The translations under genes and the position numbers were made by a program. The notes beneath the pieces were generated by a model. That model was not told the DNA's origin and did not search any database. It saw only the letters and a list, made by a program, of their open reading frames with translations. Positions 33,315 through 43,518 of a stretch of DNA of 43,712 bases are shown here, piece by piece; within the stretch, counting starts at the first letter, position 1; every line of letters begins with the position of its first letter. The DNA comes from Halocafeteria seosinensis (Eukaryota): the NCBI GenBank assembly GCA_001687465.1, contig LVLI01000918.1:1-43712 (forward strand), written 5' to 3'.

Positions 33315-36300
33315 ATGGCGGCTGAGACGAATGGAAGCAGTGCGACCTCAACAACGCTCAATCGGCGCGCCCTGGGAGAATTGCCTGCATTAGACCTTGC
33401 AGGTGAAACGAACTTTGACGAGAAATCGCGGACGACTCCAGAGAAACGTACCCGTAGCTCTCGTGGTCGTAGTAGCGATCGAGATGAGGACGAGGTCTCG
33501 TTTTTGGACGATTCTTTGCCGTCGGGATCTCCCCGGGAAGAGGATGAAAGGTATTCTTCGACCCAAAAGCCCAGAACCCAGACCCCTCATGACGCAATAT
33601 CGGCGGGCCTAACTGGCATCGCATCCGAGGAGGAAAGTAAGGGAAATGACCGCGAACGGAGCTGGCACCAGCAGCATCCCATCGTCTCGGCGCTGCAATT
33701 CACTGGAGAAGATGATAATCATGACGTGGAGACAAGTGGTCAAACGGGTGAAGCAGAGGAAAGTAAACAAAATGTGGCTTATTCAACACCTGAACGACGG
33801 AAGCTAACGGAATCCGCTTTGCCTCCGAAACATCCCCACTCTGCCGATTCCTCGTATCGTAGTGGTCCCAGTTCACGTTCCACTGTACGCAGTGACGGTA
33901 GTGAGCAAACTCATGTTCTAGAGGCAAGAGTCAGAGAGCACAGAGAAGGAAACGATTATGGGAATACGGATAAAGCGTCAGCTGCATTGGTCGCCGCCTA
34001 CACCGAACTGAAAAAGGTAATCCCCCAAAAGTCACACCGATTTTTCTGGAAGAAGTATAAATGTTCCTTCTCCGGGAGAAAAGCTGTAAAGTACCTATTG
34101 CGATTAGGATACGCCAAGTCCAAGGAGGAAGCTGTAGTAGTGGCTTCTGAACTTGTAAAATTTGGATATATCATCCCTGTCAAAGAAACTCATGGAAATA
34201 TTGATTGTAATTCCACGGACCTTGAATTTACCCCAAGCAGAATGACATTGTACAGATTTTACGACCCTGAAACAACCGAATCGAACCTTACCAAAAGCAA
34301 TGCTGAAAGCAGTACTGAGGATATCCTGGCGAGGCGGCAGCGTAGCCGGAGTTTAGACTCATCGTCAGCGGCATCAGGTAGCAGCCAAGCCGAGTCGTTC
34401 TTGGAAAGCGCTACAAGAATGGCTACAGAAACCCACGTTGTTGGATCTGGCTCTACTACCGCATCTGCTTCTCACTTAGGGAGTCAGCAAGCAACTAAGC
34501 AACCCATAGCGCTACGAGGAAATAGTGACGGCACAGGACGTGAACGTCTCACTTCCAATTCCAACGTGGATACCAGAAGTGTGGCTGTAGAAAGCGGTAC
34601 CCGAACTTTGGTGGAGGAAAAAGCAGAACGAGGTACTGAAACCCGTCATGCTAGTGGAACATCTACGGCTCATACTCTACCAAATTTGTATGAGAACATG
34701 GCATCTCCTTTCACTGGTAACTCCACCGACGAGTCGTTACCGAGGGACAGTGCTGCGCTGACCAGCATTGTCGCCAAAATGAATGACATGGAGGAGAGGC
34801 TTAACCGGCTCACATCTACTGTAGGCGACCTGCAAAGAGAGGTGAAACTTCTAAGAGAGAGAAAGGATACAGCAGCACCCCTTCACGTTACTCCGAACGA
34901 CAGATCCGCCGATTCTTCCTCTAGGCGAGAATCGTCAATTAATGGATCTGCAAACAAAACGGCATTACTGTTCCACTACTTTGAGATGCTTGCTTTGGTA
35001 GTAATGGGTAGTATCATGCTGGAGGAGACATATTCAAAATTTGCATGTGGGGTGGAAGAAATGACCGTAAACTCCGGTGTCCCCCATGAGCCTCTGTTGT
35101 TATTTGCGATCGCCTCTGCAACATTAGTCACAATGGCAGTGGCATACGTCATTGCTGCCGGAGATAGTCAGCCTCCAGTATTGGTGAGGGTCAGTAGTGT
35201 AATTCTGCTTGCCGCTATGTTGATTGCCGCCGCGGTGCGGTACTTCAGCATATTGCCGCTGCATGTTCAGCAAGCCATAAATGATAAGGCCGGCTTCTTG
35301 ATGCTCGAGGATACATCCCCTACCCTAGAATACATCCAAGTGGTGGCAGTGGCATGGGTCATTGCCAGGTGCATCCTTTCTCGATGCCTTTCGTTTAACA
35401 AGACCATGGGGAAAACGTGTCCCGACTCGGTTGCTCACTCCCGAGATCTTCACCAACGTAATAACCCTTCAGTAGCAGCTGGTACTCGAAAGCGCGAACC
35501 GGTGCAAAGCGGAAACCATCATTGTGTCGGTTCATCTGTGTCAACAGGTTCCTCCTCCGACTCCGTGTGCTTATCATCTTCATCGAATATGGAGAGCTCG
35601 TCTGGGGAGTTGGTAACGAAGACTACCGCTTCGGAGACGACAACGGGCGTTACCATGGGGCATGATCAAAGCCAGACTCATGGAGCGGACAACTCATCTT
35701 CCCATAGGGCCACGCTCACTGCCCATACGGAAGTAACCACCGGGGAGACAGGCGGACGTCCTACGTCCACTGCTGCCGAGCAGTTAGGCGACGTAGATGA
35801 GCAAGTGTGTTCGGATCCATGGTATGCCTCCCTTCCAAAAGCGGCTCGGAAAAAGTTGGACACTCTCAGTAAAGAGGAGCGGGAAAAATGGATCAATAAA
35901 TGGAGGGAAATACAAGTCAATAAGAAGAAGAGTGGGAAAAAGAAGGCCCGACCCACGAAGGAATTAAGGAGAACCTCATGTTGGGACACGGTTACAGGGT
36001 GGATACATCAACGGGGGAAAACGGCGTATAGTATTTTACTTGATGTTGTTACTTGCGCTTGTCTACAAAGGCTCGTCCGGCGTCTTTCGGCGGCAAAGAG
36101 TGGAGCAGCTGAGGAGCCCCGTGGTGTGGCAGAATTCCGTGATGGGGTTCAGGATGCCGTTAAAGCTGCATCAACCGCTTCAGGTATTCAAGCCGCGAAT
36201 AAGGGAAGCAATGGTAAGTTAAGTGTGCGCGCAGAAACGTATGGGACCACCGCATGTCATTTGACCGAAAATTGTACAGGTTTACACTCTGGGATACAAG

Positions 36301-36500
36301 AGGGAGTGGATCGCATCGTCGCAGCCGGGGTGAAGACCCCGCCACCACCACCACCGCCACCGGCAACACCAACTCCAACCAATGGATACGGCCGAAGGCA
36401 TGCAGACAGTCCAGCAAAAGAAGACGCCAATAGCTCTACAGATAATGAGTCCCAAAGCGGAGTGATGTTCTGGGATGACTCTTACAGGAACCTATTGTGA
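33315..36500 (+). CDS. DEP-domain protein with a coiled coil and ~4 predicted transmembrane helices
   Basis: DEP: HRFFWKKYKCSFSGRKAVKYLLRLGYAKSKEEAVVVASELVKFGYIIPV..F..LYRF. Coiled coil MEERLNRLTSTVGDLQREVKLL. Hydrophobic segments ~34960-35395. C-terminal polyproline. A likely in-ORF intron near 36213-36279 makes the C terminus uncertain. Confidence 0.8.
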   Translation: MAAETNGSSATSTTLNRRALGELPALDLAGETNFDEKSRTTPEKRTRSSRGRSSDRDEDEVSFLDDSLPSGSPREEDERYSSTQKPRTQTPHDAISAGLTGIASEEESKGNDRERSWHQQHPIVSALQFTGEDDNHDVETSGQTGEAEESKQNVAYSTPERRKLTESALPPKHPHSADSSYRSGPSSRSTVRSDGSEQTHVLEARVREHREGNDYGNTDKASAALVAAYTELKKVIPQKSHRFFWKKYKCSFSGRKAVKYLLRLGYAKSKEEAVVVASELVKFGYIIPVKETHGNIDCNSTDLEFTPSRMTLYRFYDPETTESNLTKSNAESSTEDILARRQRSRSLDSSSAASGSSQAESFLESATRMATETHVVGSGSTTASASHLGSQQATKQPIALRGNSDGTGRERLTSNSNVDTRSVAVESGTRTLVEEKAERGTETRHASGTSTAHTLPNLYENMASPFTGNSTDESLPRDSAALTSIVAKMNDMEERLNRLTSTVGDLQREVKLLRERKDTAAPLHVTPNDRSADSSSRRESSINGSANKTALLFHYFEMLALVVMGSIMLEETYSKFACGVEEMTVNSGVPHEPLLLFAIASATLVTMAVAYVIAAGDSQPPVLVRVSSVILLAAMLIAAAVRYFSILPLHVQQAINDKAGFLMLEDTSPTLEYIQVVAVAWVIARCILSRCLSFNKTMGKTCPDSVAHSRDLHQRNNPSVAAGTRKREPVQSGNHHCVGSSVSTGSSSDSVCLSSSSNMESSSGELVTKTTASETTTGVTMGHDQSQTHGADNSSSHRATLTAHTEVTTGETGGRPTSTAAEQLGDVDEQVCSDPWYASLPKAARKKLDTLSKEEREKWINKWREIQVNKKKSGKKKARPTKELRRTSCWDTVTGWIHQRGKTAYSILLDVVTCACLQRLVRRLSAAKSGAAEEPRGVAEFRDGVQDAVKAASTASGIQAANKGSNGKLSVRAETYGTTACHLTENCTGLHSGIQEGVDRIVAAGVKTPPPPPPPPATPTPTNGYGRRHADSPAKEDANSSTDNESQSGVMFWDDSYRNLL

Positions 36501-36580
36501 GCCGCATGAGTTCCAAACAACGGAATGTACACAGAGCGCGCGCCCCTGAACAGCTTCACTAAGGTGGTATTGACATCCAT

Positions 36581-38352
36581 TCAGGTTTCGGATTCCCTGG
36601 TAGCGTTGGCGGCGTTGTATTCTCGTGCAATTCCTCGTGCCCCCTCTTCAATATTGGCGGTACCTTCCGATACATCATACGCTACACCCTGCCATTCTTT
36701 CCGCACAAAACGCTGAGCCGCACTTCCTTTTGAGAAAACGAGATCAGCTGTCTCTTCTTTCTTGGTCAGTTCACCTGAGCTTCGCTGCAAAGCTGTCTCC
36801 GTAGAGAATCCACAAGTTTCTTTTTTGTGATTTCGTTCGATGAAACCTCCGGTGTATGGAGAAAAGATAGGCTTATCTGAATCCTCGGCCTGGTGCTCAC
36901 TTAAGCGTTCCGTCTCTGCCTTTTGAAGGCAGTCCTCAACCCGCTGGACAACACTCTCCATGTTCAACAGTACTTTTCCTTCCCATTCGATGGTACTCTC
37001 TTCGTCCAACACAAAGGGAGAGAGGGCTAACAGGAGTTCCCAAGGAGCTACAACGGGGGCGGGATATTCCCGTTGTTGATCACGCGAGAGCAACACAGAT
37101 TCGCCACTACCAATAAGCACAAAGCAGTCTATATTATCAAAGTTCGCCAATTTGTACGGGTTAGGTTTTCCCACAAGTAGCACATACTCCTTTTTATCCG
37201 CGGCGCGGATGAGGTTCCTTAAACAACTTGTAATTTTTTCGTACCCTCGAACACTAAGGGTAGTTACAACGATGCCAATGGTCTCTGCAATCCTCGCCTT
37301 CTGCAGCAAAACAAAGCGTTGTTGTACCGTCTTAGATATTTGGGAAGAAACCCGGGATGATTGAGTCATTGAAAACGGTGCCTCGCAATTCATGATGGGT
37401 TCCATTCGGACAGTACGAGCGGGTTCAACACACAAAGCCACGCAGCTCGCCTCAGGTTTAGCCAGACAGACTTGCATGATAAACGAAGGCATGTCCTCAT
37501 GATCTAGCATCTCATCTGGAACCAAGTATACTAAGGAAGAATCTCCTCCTAATGCGACGCTGTACTCGCTCATTTCAGAGGGCGAATCTGGTTGCAGTTC
37601 GTCGGCTAGGTCAACAAATTGCATGTTTTCTTTCTCTTGGAAATAAGGTTTGATGGCTTGGAGGGCATGCTGCAGACAGGGTTCAGCTGCAACAACAAGC
37701 GTCACTTTGCCGTCTTTGAATTGGCTATGAGTATCATAAAATTCACCCAAAGTACGCGTGCACATTTCCACATCGCATGGATACTGCCCGTAGCAGAATT
37801 TGACGGGCAAATGAGCCGGAATCGCTGGAAGGGTCGATCCAAATCGTATCATTGCATCAGCGCCTACGTGTTCGGCCGCTATTTCATCCACTCCTTCGCT
37901 TCCGAAGGACGTATCAGCCAATACATACAATTCACTCGGCGTCTGACTCTCCGTCTGCGTCTCCTGCAGTCGTTTCTGCATCCATAAAATCAAAAAAGCA
38001 CCGATGGAATCGCCGCATTCTTTCGGTACGCCCGCCCCGGTCTTTGTGCAAGACGGGACATGCATCAGGAACACTTACTTGCAATGTATCATGTATCATC
38101 ACAGCATCGTTGAGCCAGGAATCCGGGAATTGAAGGCCAATCTGCAAGACTTATCCACGCCATATTTCAGGTAAAACAAATCAAGATAGTAGCAGAGAAA
38201 CGTACCTTGGTGGCATTGTGTCGCTGGATAAAGTCTATGAGCTCTGTATAGTCCAAATATCGCTCCGTGCTCTGCTCCACAGCCACTTCGTTCGCGTGAA
38301 CTTCAGCTTCCTCCGGTTCCGGCAGCGCATTTCTGGTGAGGTGTTCAGACAT
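36581..38352 (-). CDS. DPH2: Diphthamide biosynthesis protein 2 (divergent, Fe-S cysteines absent)
   Basis: IGLQFPDSWL, YVLADTSFGS..VDEIAAEHV, IGIVVTTLSV, LLVGKPNPYKLANF, PVVAPWEL, and the DPH2-type tail WQGV..IEEGARGIAREY. Two introns near the 5' end. Confidence 0.92.
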
Positions 38353-38683
38353 GGCAGTCTTCTACATTCAGCGAGCGCAATCAAGCCTAGAAAGCTGACC
38401 AATGCCGTGTATGGATTTATACTAGGGAGCCGACATTGCAAAGGCTGCAGGCTGCAGCGCTTACTTCAACCGACGAAGCACCGCAGGAAGCTCCAAGTCT
38501 TCAGGTTAGACTTCTAATCAGAAAAGGCTCGTGTATAGGTTAAAAAATTTCACATAGGTAAAAGACTTAATGAGAGTTCACGTAACCGGTAAATATCTCA
38601 GCACAGCAGCTGTAGGATGTTATCTACAAAATACTAATGTCATCGCTCAAAATTAGATGCGTTTCCTTTCCTATTCTCAAACA

Positions 38684-39380
38684 GTCCCGCTCTTCGAGAG
38701 GGCACGGACTGAATGGTTCCACCTTAAGAACCTCCCAATGGTGAGGAGCGCAGAGATTAGGTTCATACGCAGGGCTTCAAACTCGGTTGCCGACCGCTTG
38801 GCTAAGACCGCGTCAACAACCTAATGGGTAATGGTTCCTCTTGCTTAGACTAGCCGCCCAGAGCTACGCACACGGTAGATGATGTCGAGAGGTTCATCGA
38901 CTTCAGGTTCCACGACAAGCGGCTCCTTGTCCACTGGAAGGGCTACCCAGAGGCAGCACGGACGTGGGAACCGGTTTCGTGGCTTGAGAAGGACCTGGGT
39001 AGCCCCACCTTCTTCGATCTCGAGCAGGAGATGTACTTCAATCTGGGCTACGTTGACGAAACTGAGGTGGACGGAATTCCTGGGGAGCCACCTCCCACGT
39101 CAGGTGGTGGCTTGTCATTGTTGCGTCGGGAACAACACCTAATCCTGCCTGCGCTGCTGCAACCAGTCTTGGCGTCGGCGCCGCTGTGGCAGGCTCAGGG
39201 TCGTCTCCTACCAGACTGAGCCTTGTCGGTACCTCTGACATTGTGGGCGCAGGCATGGCTTCTCCCCCGATGCCTCCTGAGCATAACCAGTGTTGTGTTC
39301 CCTCACGGCGCATGTCAGCAAGGCTGCAGGAACAGCGAGGCCGTCGCTGCTTAACACGGGCGCGTACCGCTCCTCGTTAA
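38684..39380 (+). mobile_element. Decayed retroelement segment: RNase HI C-terminal half followed by a chromodomain and low-complexity linker
   Basis: 38684-38824 reads VPLFERARTEWFHLKNLPMVRSAEIRFIRRASNSVADRLAKTA (R..N..AD.LA motif). From 38854, in another frame: DDVERFIDFRFHDKRLLVHWKGYPEAARTWEPVSWL. Stops and frameshifts are present; a second copy is at 43519-43712. Confidence 0.75.
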
Positions 39381-40661
39381 GAGGATGCGGTCAACTTCTC
39401 GGCCGGTGGGCTATCTGTCATACTTGTGTATGTGACCAAGCTCCGCTGCCTCATCTGGTGGACATCTTCTTCCTCGTCGTCCAGCAGGGTGGGGTGTGGA
39501 AGGCGCTTCGAACCACTAAGGAGTTTGTAGTACTTGGTACTGAGTTGACGAGCTCGTTGTACTCTGTTTCTGGTTGCAGCTAAAGACGACTCTTCCGAGA
39601 GCGATATGTGGATGCAAGAATTCGGGAGGTTTCGGCCATCGGTATCAGTAGAGCGTTTTGACTCAGCCGTTAAAAGAGCCCCGCTAGGCTATCCACAGTA
39701 TCGAAGACTTAAAGAGGCCTGCAAAAGCCAGGGAGTATGCAGCACTCGCGTGTACTGTGGTCACCGACCTGGGGAAGTGGGATTTTAAGACTAGCCCTTC
39801 CCCGGCGCGTTCGCCACCTTTGTCTGCTGCAAGTAAATCATTCGCATGGTCTGTGGAGAAATGTAGCGTAATTTGGCCGTGCAGATGACATGGTAGAGAG
39901 AATTGCGAACCGTGTCGGCCATATCCTGGTTGAACTCTCCCAATGGCTTTTTTTGACCTCGCTGACACCCCGAGCACACCTCCTGCTGACCCAGAACTCA
40001 TCTTGAGAACTCTATGGTTATGTACGGTGTTGCGAGTGGAAGAAGGAACAATCCACTATTATTGTAGAGTCTCCTACAAATGTAATGAATGATATATATA
40101 GGTTTTTGGATGACTGTGTCTAAAGGAGAACTTTACTTGCACTGCGGCCACGGCTTGCCACATTAGGGTCCGTCAAATCTAGTTCAGAATGCAGCCCAGC
40201 TCCCGTCGCGCAAAATCCGAGCTTAATACATGTATGTACACATCCCACTTTATGGAACAGTCCCAACGGTGGCATTCATCCAAAGAATAAGTGCGTTCTA
40301 GTCTTTATTGGTCTGTGTGTACAGCCTGTACTTCATACACATGCATGTACTTGCGGGCTTACATCCTCCACCAAGGGACACCAGAGAGTAGCAGCACACA
40401 ATTGAACGTATACGACTCAACTTGAGGAAAGACTCGCCATAGTGCTATCTATGCCCGTATCGCTTTTTTCTTCTTCTGTACTGCAGCATTCCTTTCAACA
40501 GTTTCGGCAGCTCTTATATAACAGGACCCGGCTACCGTCTGCCATATCGTGAAATACTATAAACAATGCACAACGTCAGTGTAGTTATTGCAATATACAT
40601 GTAGTTGGAAGTCATCCTAGAGTCCATTCCTTTAAGCAGGAGGCAAAGAAATCGGTGGCAT

Positions 40662-41546
40662 CTAGGAGGCCATATGCCCGAGGACGAAGATATCGCAAGT
40701 CTTTACGAAACCAAAGTTAGTGTACAGTTGTTGACCCATTTCTGTCCCATGCAGAATTACCTGTTTGGCACCATGTTTCTTCATGGAGTCGTGAACAATC
40801 TTCTGCAGTACGATGGTGCCATATCCTTTCCGACGCTCATCCGGAAGTGTGGCCATCTCGAAGATGCAAGATACATCTGGATCGACCATTAGGTACGAGC
40901 CAATTGCAACCAGCTTTTCATTTGCCCACACTAGAATGTGTTCGTAAACAGGTCCCTGAGATCCTGTGTTGGTATCTCCACGAACAATCGCTTCTGCCAG
41001 TTTCTGATACATCTCTTTGACGTCAGGCATTCCGTTTGCAAGAAATTGGACTCTGGCAAACTCCTCAGCATTTTCCTGAGTCAGGTAGCTGACAGTGACT
41101 CCCGTCCCTGGAGCAGTCCTCTTTGCCAAGTCCTCTCCATCTTTGAGTTTTTCGGCTTGTGCGTCGGGGAGTACCATTCCGGCTATCGTAAAAGCCATCG
41201 GGAAGAGTTTGTGTCCATCGACCTCGATGTTTTCCAATACCTCTTTAGCATTCTTCGGAGTTGTATGAGGAAAGATCATAGCACCCCAGTTTATGGTACT
41301 ATTTTTTGGAATCGCTTCTCTGATCTTTGCTTCCAATGATTGTGCGTCTGGAAAACGGATCATTGAAAATGAGTTGAGGAAGGGGAAGGCTACTTCGCAC
41401 GCCGCAAACTTCAATTCCTTCTCCGATTGTTCCCATTTGGGCAGACCCAGGGCTTGAAGGAACATAGCAAAGCCTTTTTCCAAATCCTCATAATGCTTGT
41501 TCATTTGCTTGGCGTCCAAGACGCTGTTTTGAGCCGCTCCTGACAT
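40662..41546 (-). CDS. GNAT-family N-acetyltransferase (tandem-domain, bacterial-like), intronless CDS
   Basis: CIFEMATLPDERRKGYGTIV (acetyl-CoA motif A) and VILHGTEMGQQLYTNFGF (motif B). ATG at 41546, with a probable 5'-UTR intron upstream. Confidence 0.88.
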   Translation of the reverse strand: MSGAAQNSVLDAKQMNKHYEDLEKGFAMFLQALGLPKWEQSEKELKFAACEVAFPFLNSFSMIRFPDAQSLEAKIREAIPKNSTINWGAMIFPHTTPKNAKEVLENIEVDGHKLFPMAFTIAGMVLPDAQAEKLKDGEDLAKRTAPGTGVTVSYLTQENAEEFARVQFLANGMPDVKEMYQKLAEAIVRGDTNTGSQGPVYEHILVWANEKLVAIGSYLMVDPDVSCIFEMATLPDERRKGYGTIVLQKIVHDSMKKHGAKQVILHGTEMGQQLYTNFGFVKTCDIFVLGHMAS

Positions 41547-42210
41547 TTTTTGTTGGCACTGAGCTGCGGGCACCCCAATGAAACAATAGAAACAGGGACA
41601 TGTGCGCAACAAGAAGACTATCAACATACCAATGTAAGGAAATTAACCTACTCAAGATTTATATGGCTGCGTTGTGTTGATCTTCAAAGCGTATGGTTTT
41701 CGTTGCTAACAAATCAGTTGAGTTTCATCTAATGAGGACGCTACTGTCGGAATAGGATTCCGAAAGCCCGCAGTGCCTGTGAGCTTGATAAGTTATCAAT
41801 GATAAGAGCGCACCAACATGACCCGTCCATGTTAGTACATTTATCAGCGTTTGTTTACATACTGATTCTACCAACCAATTGCTGCTGAGTGAACCCGTTT
41901 TCATCTGCGTTGTTGGTAAAATATGGGGAAGATTTTTGTAGCGGTTTTGCGGAGTACGTTGTATGTTTTTTGTAGTTTTCCCAAGGCCGAAAAACAGCAG
42001 GGAGAAGGCATGTTCGCGACATGATGTTCCCGTCTCTCTTGTGTGTCAACTTCAACTAGCGCCCCCAGCTTCGGAAGTGCCTGTTAGCTGCGTCTGTGCC
42101 TATGTGGGTACGCTATATTGGGGCATTACTAAATGCAAACACTTCCGCCACATTCTACCGTCCTTTGTATGATAATCAGCAGCGGGTTTGAACGAAGTTG
42201 TGCAAAGAAC

Positions 42211-43190
42211 TAGGGTGTCAAGAGCTTGCGACCTGGCTTGGGTTTGGCTTGGGCGGAAAAGCCCAAGCCAGCCAGGCTACCCCCAAGCCCAAAGCCAGCC
42301 AACCAAGCCGCCGATGTCTGTTTCACGGGCCGAATCACGGCGAAATTCACGCACTCTAGAAAACAGCATGTACAACCGCACTTTTTGGTTTTGGGTTTTT
42401 TTTTTTTTTTTTTGCTATCTATCATAGATAATCTATGCCCCGGGGATCAGAGAGAACCTCTTTATGTCGTTCGTTACCTTGCCAGTTTATGACGTCTACA
42501 GTATTGACATTGGGTTTGGTTTCTTGTCGTTGGACCGTGGGCTATAAAGAAGTGCGTTGTTTTGATCGTTCTGAAGGCCTCTTAGTGTTGTACAATTGTA
42601 CGGTATTATATTGTACCTTGTAAGCAGCAGCATACTTGGAACTTCTCCTTGCGTCCCCGTCTTGTTTGAGCTTTGTAACCAAGAGAATGGAGGACAATTC
42701 GAAATTAGGTGAACAACCTAGCCAGGGGAACGCGAGGTCTACTGATAAAACTGCTCGTGGCAAGCGCGCTGATGCTCGTAACAGAAAGAGGGCCAGGGAA
42801 GAAGCGCCATCGGCGGCTGCCCCTTCTGCTAGCCAACAGCGGAGAAAGGGCGCAGAGCAACGGGAAGAAAACACTGATTCTTCCAACCGACAGGGGTCAG
42901 AGGATTCTCGCTGGCAACCTAGAAACCTGTGCCTGCTACCGGGTAGCTTGAAAAACGAACTACTCAATTGGTTGGACGATTACATCCGGAAAGAGAACTT
43001 GACGGTGTCAGTACCCCCAAGCCCAAACCAAGCCGCCGAATCGCCGATGTCTGGGGCCCTGGGCAGCAAGCTGAGTAGACATTAAAATTAAGATGTGTCC
43101 TTGCGAAAAGCCCGGATTTTTGACGGCCCGGATTTTCATCCACAGTCCGGGCGGAGGGGTTGGCTCGAGCCTCGAGTACTCTACAATCAC
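42211..43190. repeat. Composite repeat, probably a non-autonomous DNA-transposon relic, with hairpin, reiterated motifs and a truncated ORF
   Basis: Perfect hairpin TGGCTTGGGC-ggaaaa-GCCCAAGCCA (42245-42270). Block TACCCCCAAGCCCAAA..CCAAGCCGCCGA..TGTCTG at 42278-42320 and 43012-43053. GCCCGGATTTT occurs twice near 43110-43136. A basic ORF starting at 42688 runs into the second block. Confidence 0.45.
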
Positions 43191-43467
43191 TCTATCCTAG
43201 CCGTATAAGTAACTCACGGTGTTACTCTTAATGGTACATTGTGGAAAAGATCCGTTGATGTCGTATTTTTATATATATGTGTGTGTGTCTTGTTGGAGAA
43301 AATGGACAATATCCAAACACCATGTGCGATATGGCGATAGGTTGCTTGAGATGTGAAGTGCTGTGGTAGAAATGTATATTATGTCCTACCGGCTAAACGG
43401 AACCATTTAGGAGATCCTCACACCGTGGAATACCTCCCTAAACCTCCCAAAGTTTCACCCTTGACCC

Positions 43468-43470
<3 letters not shown>

Positions 43471-43506
<36 letters not shown>
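43471..43506. repeat. (TG)18 microsatellite
   Basis: Seen directly. Confidence 0.97.
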
Positions 43507-43508
<2 letters not shown>

Positions 43509-43518
43509 AGTGTTGCGC

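Noticed and set aside
43155..43200. Palindrome plus CTAG as a Helitron 3' end
   Set aside because: Spacing is wrong, there is no A/T insertion site, and no matching 5' TC end was found.
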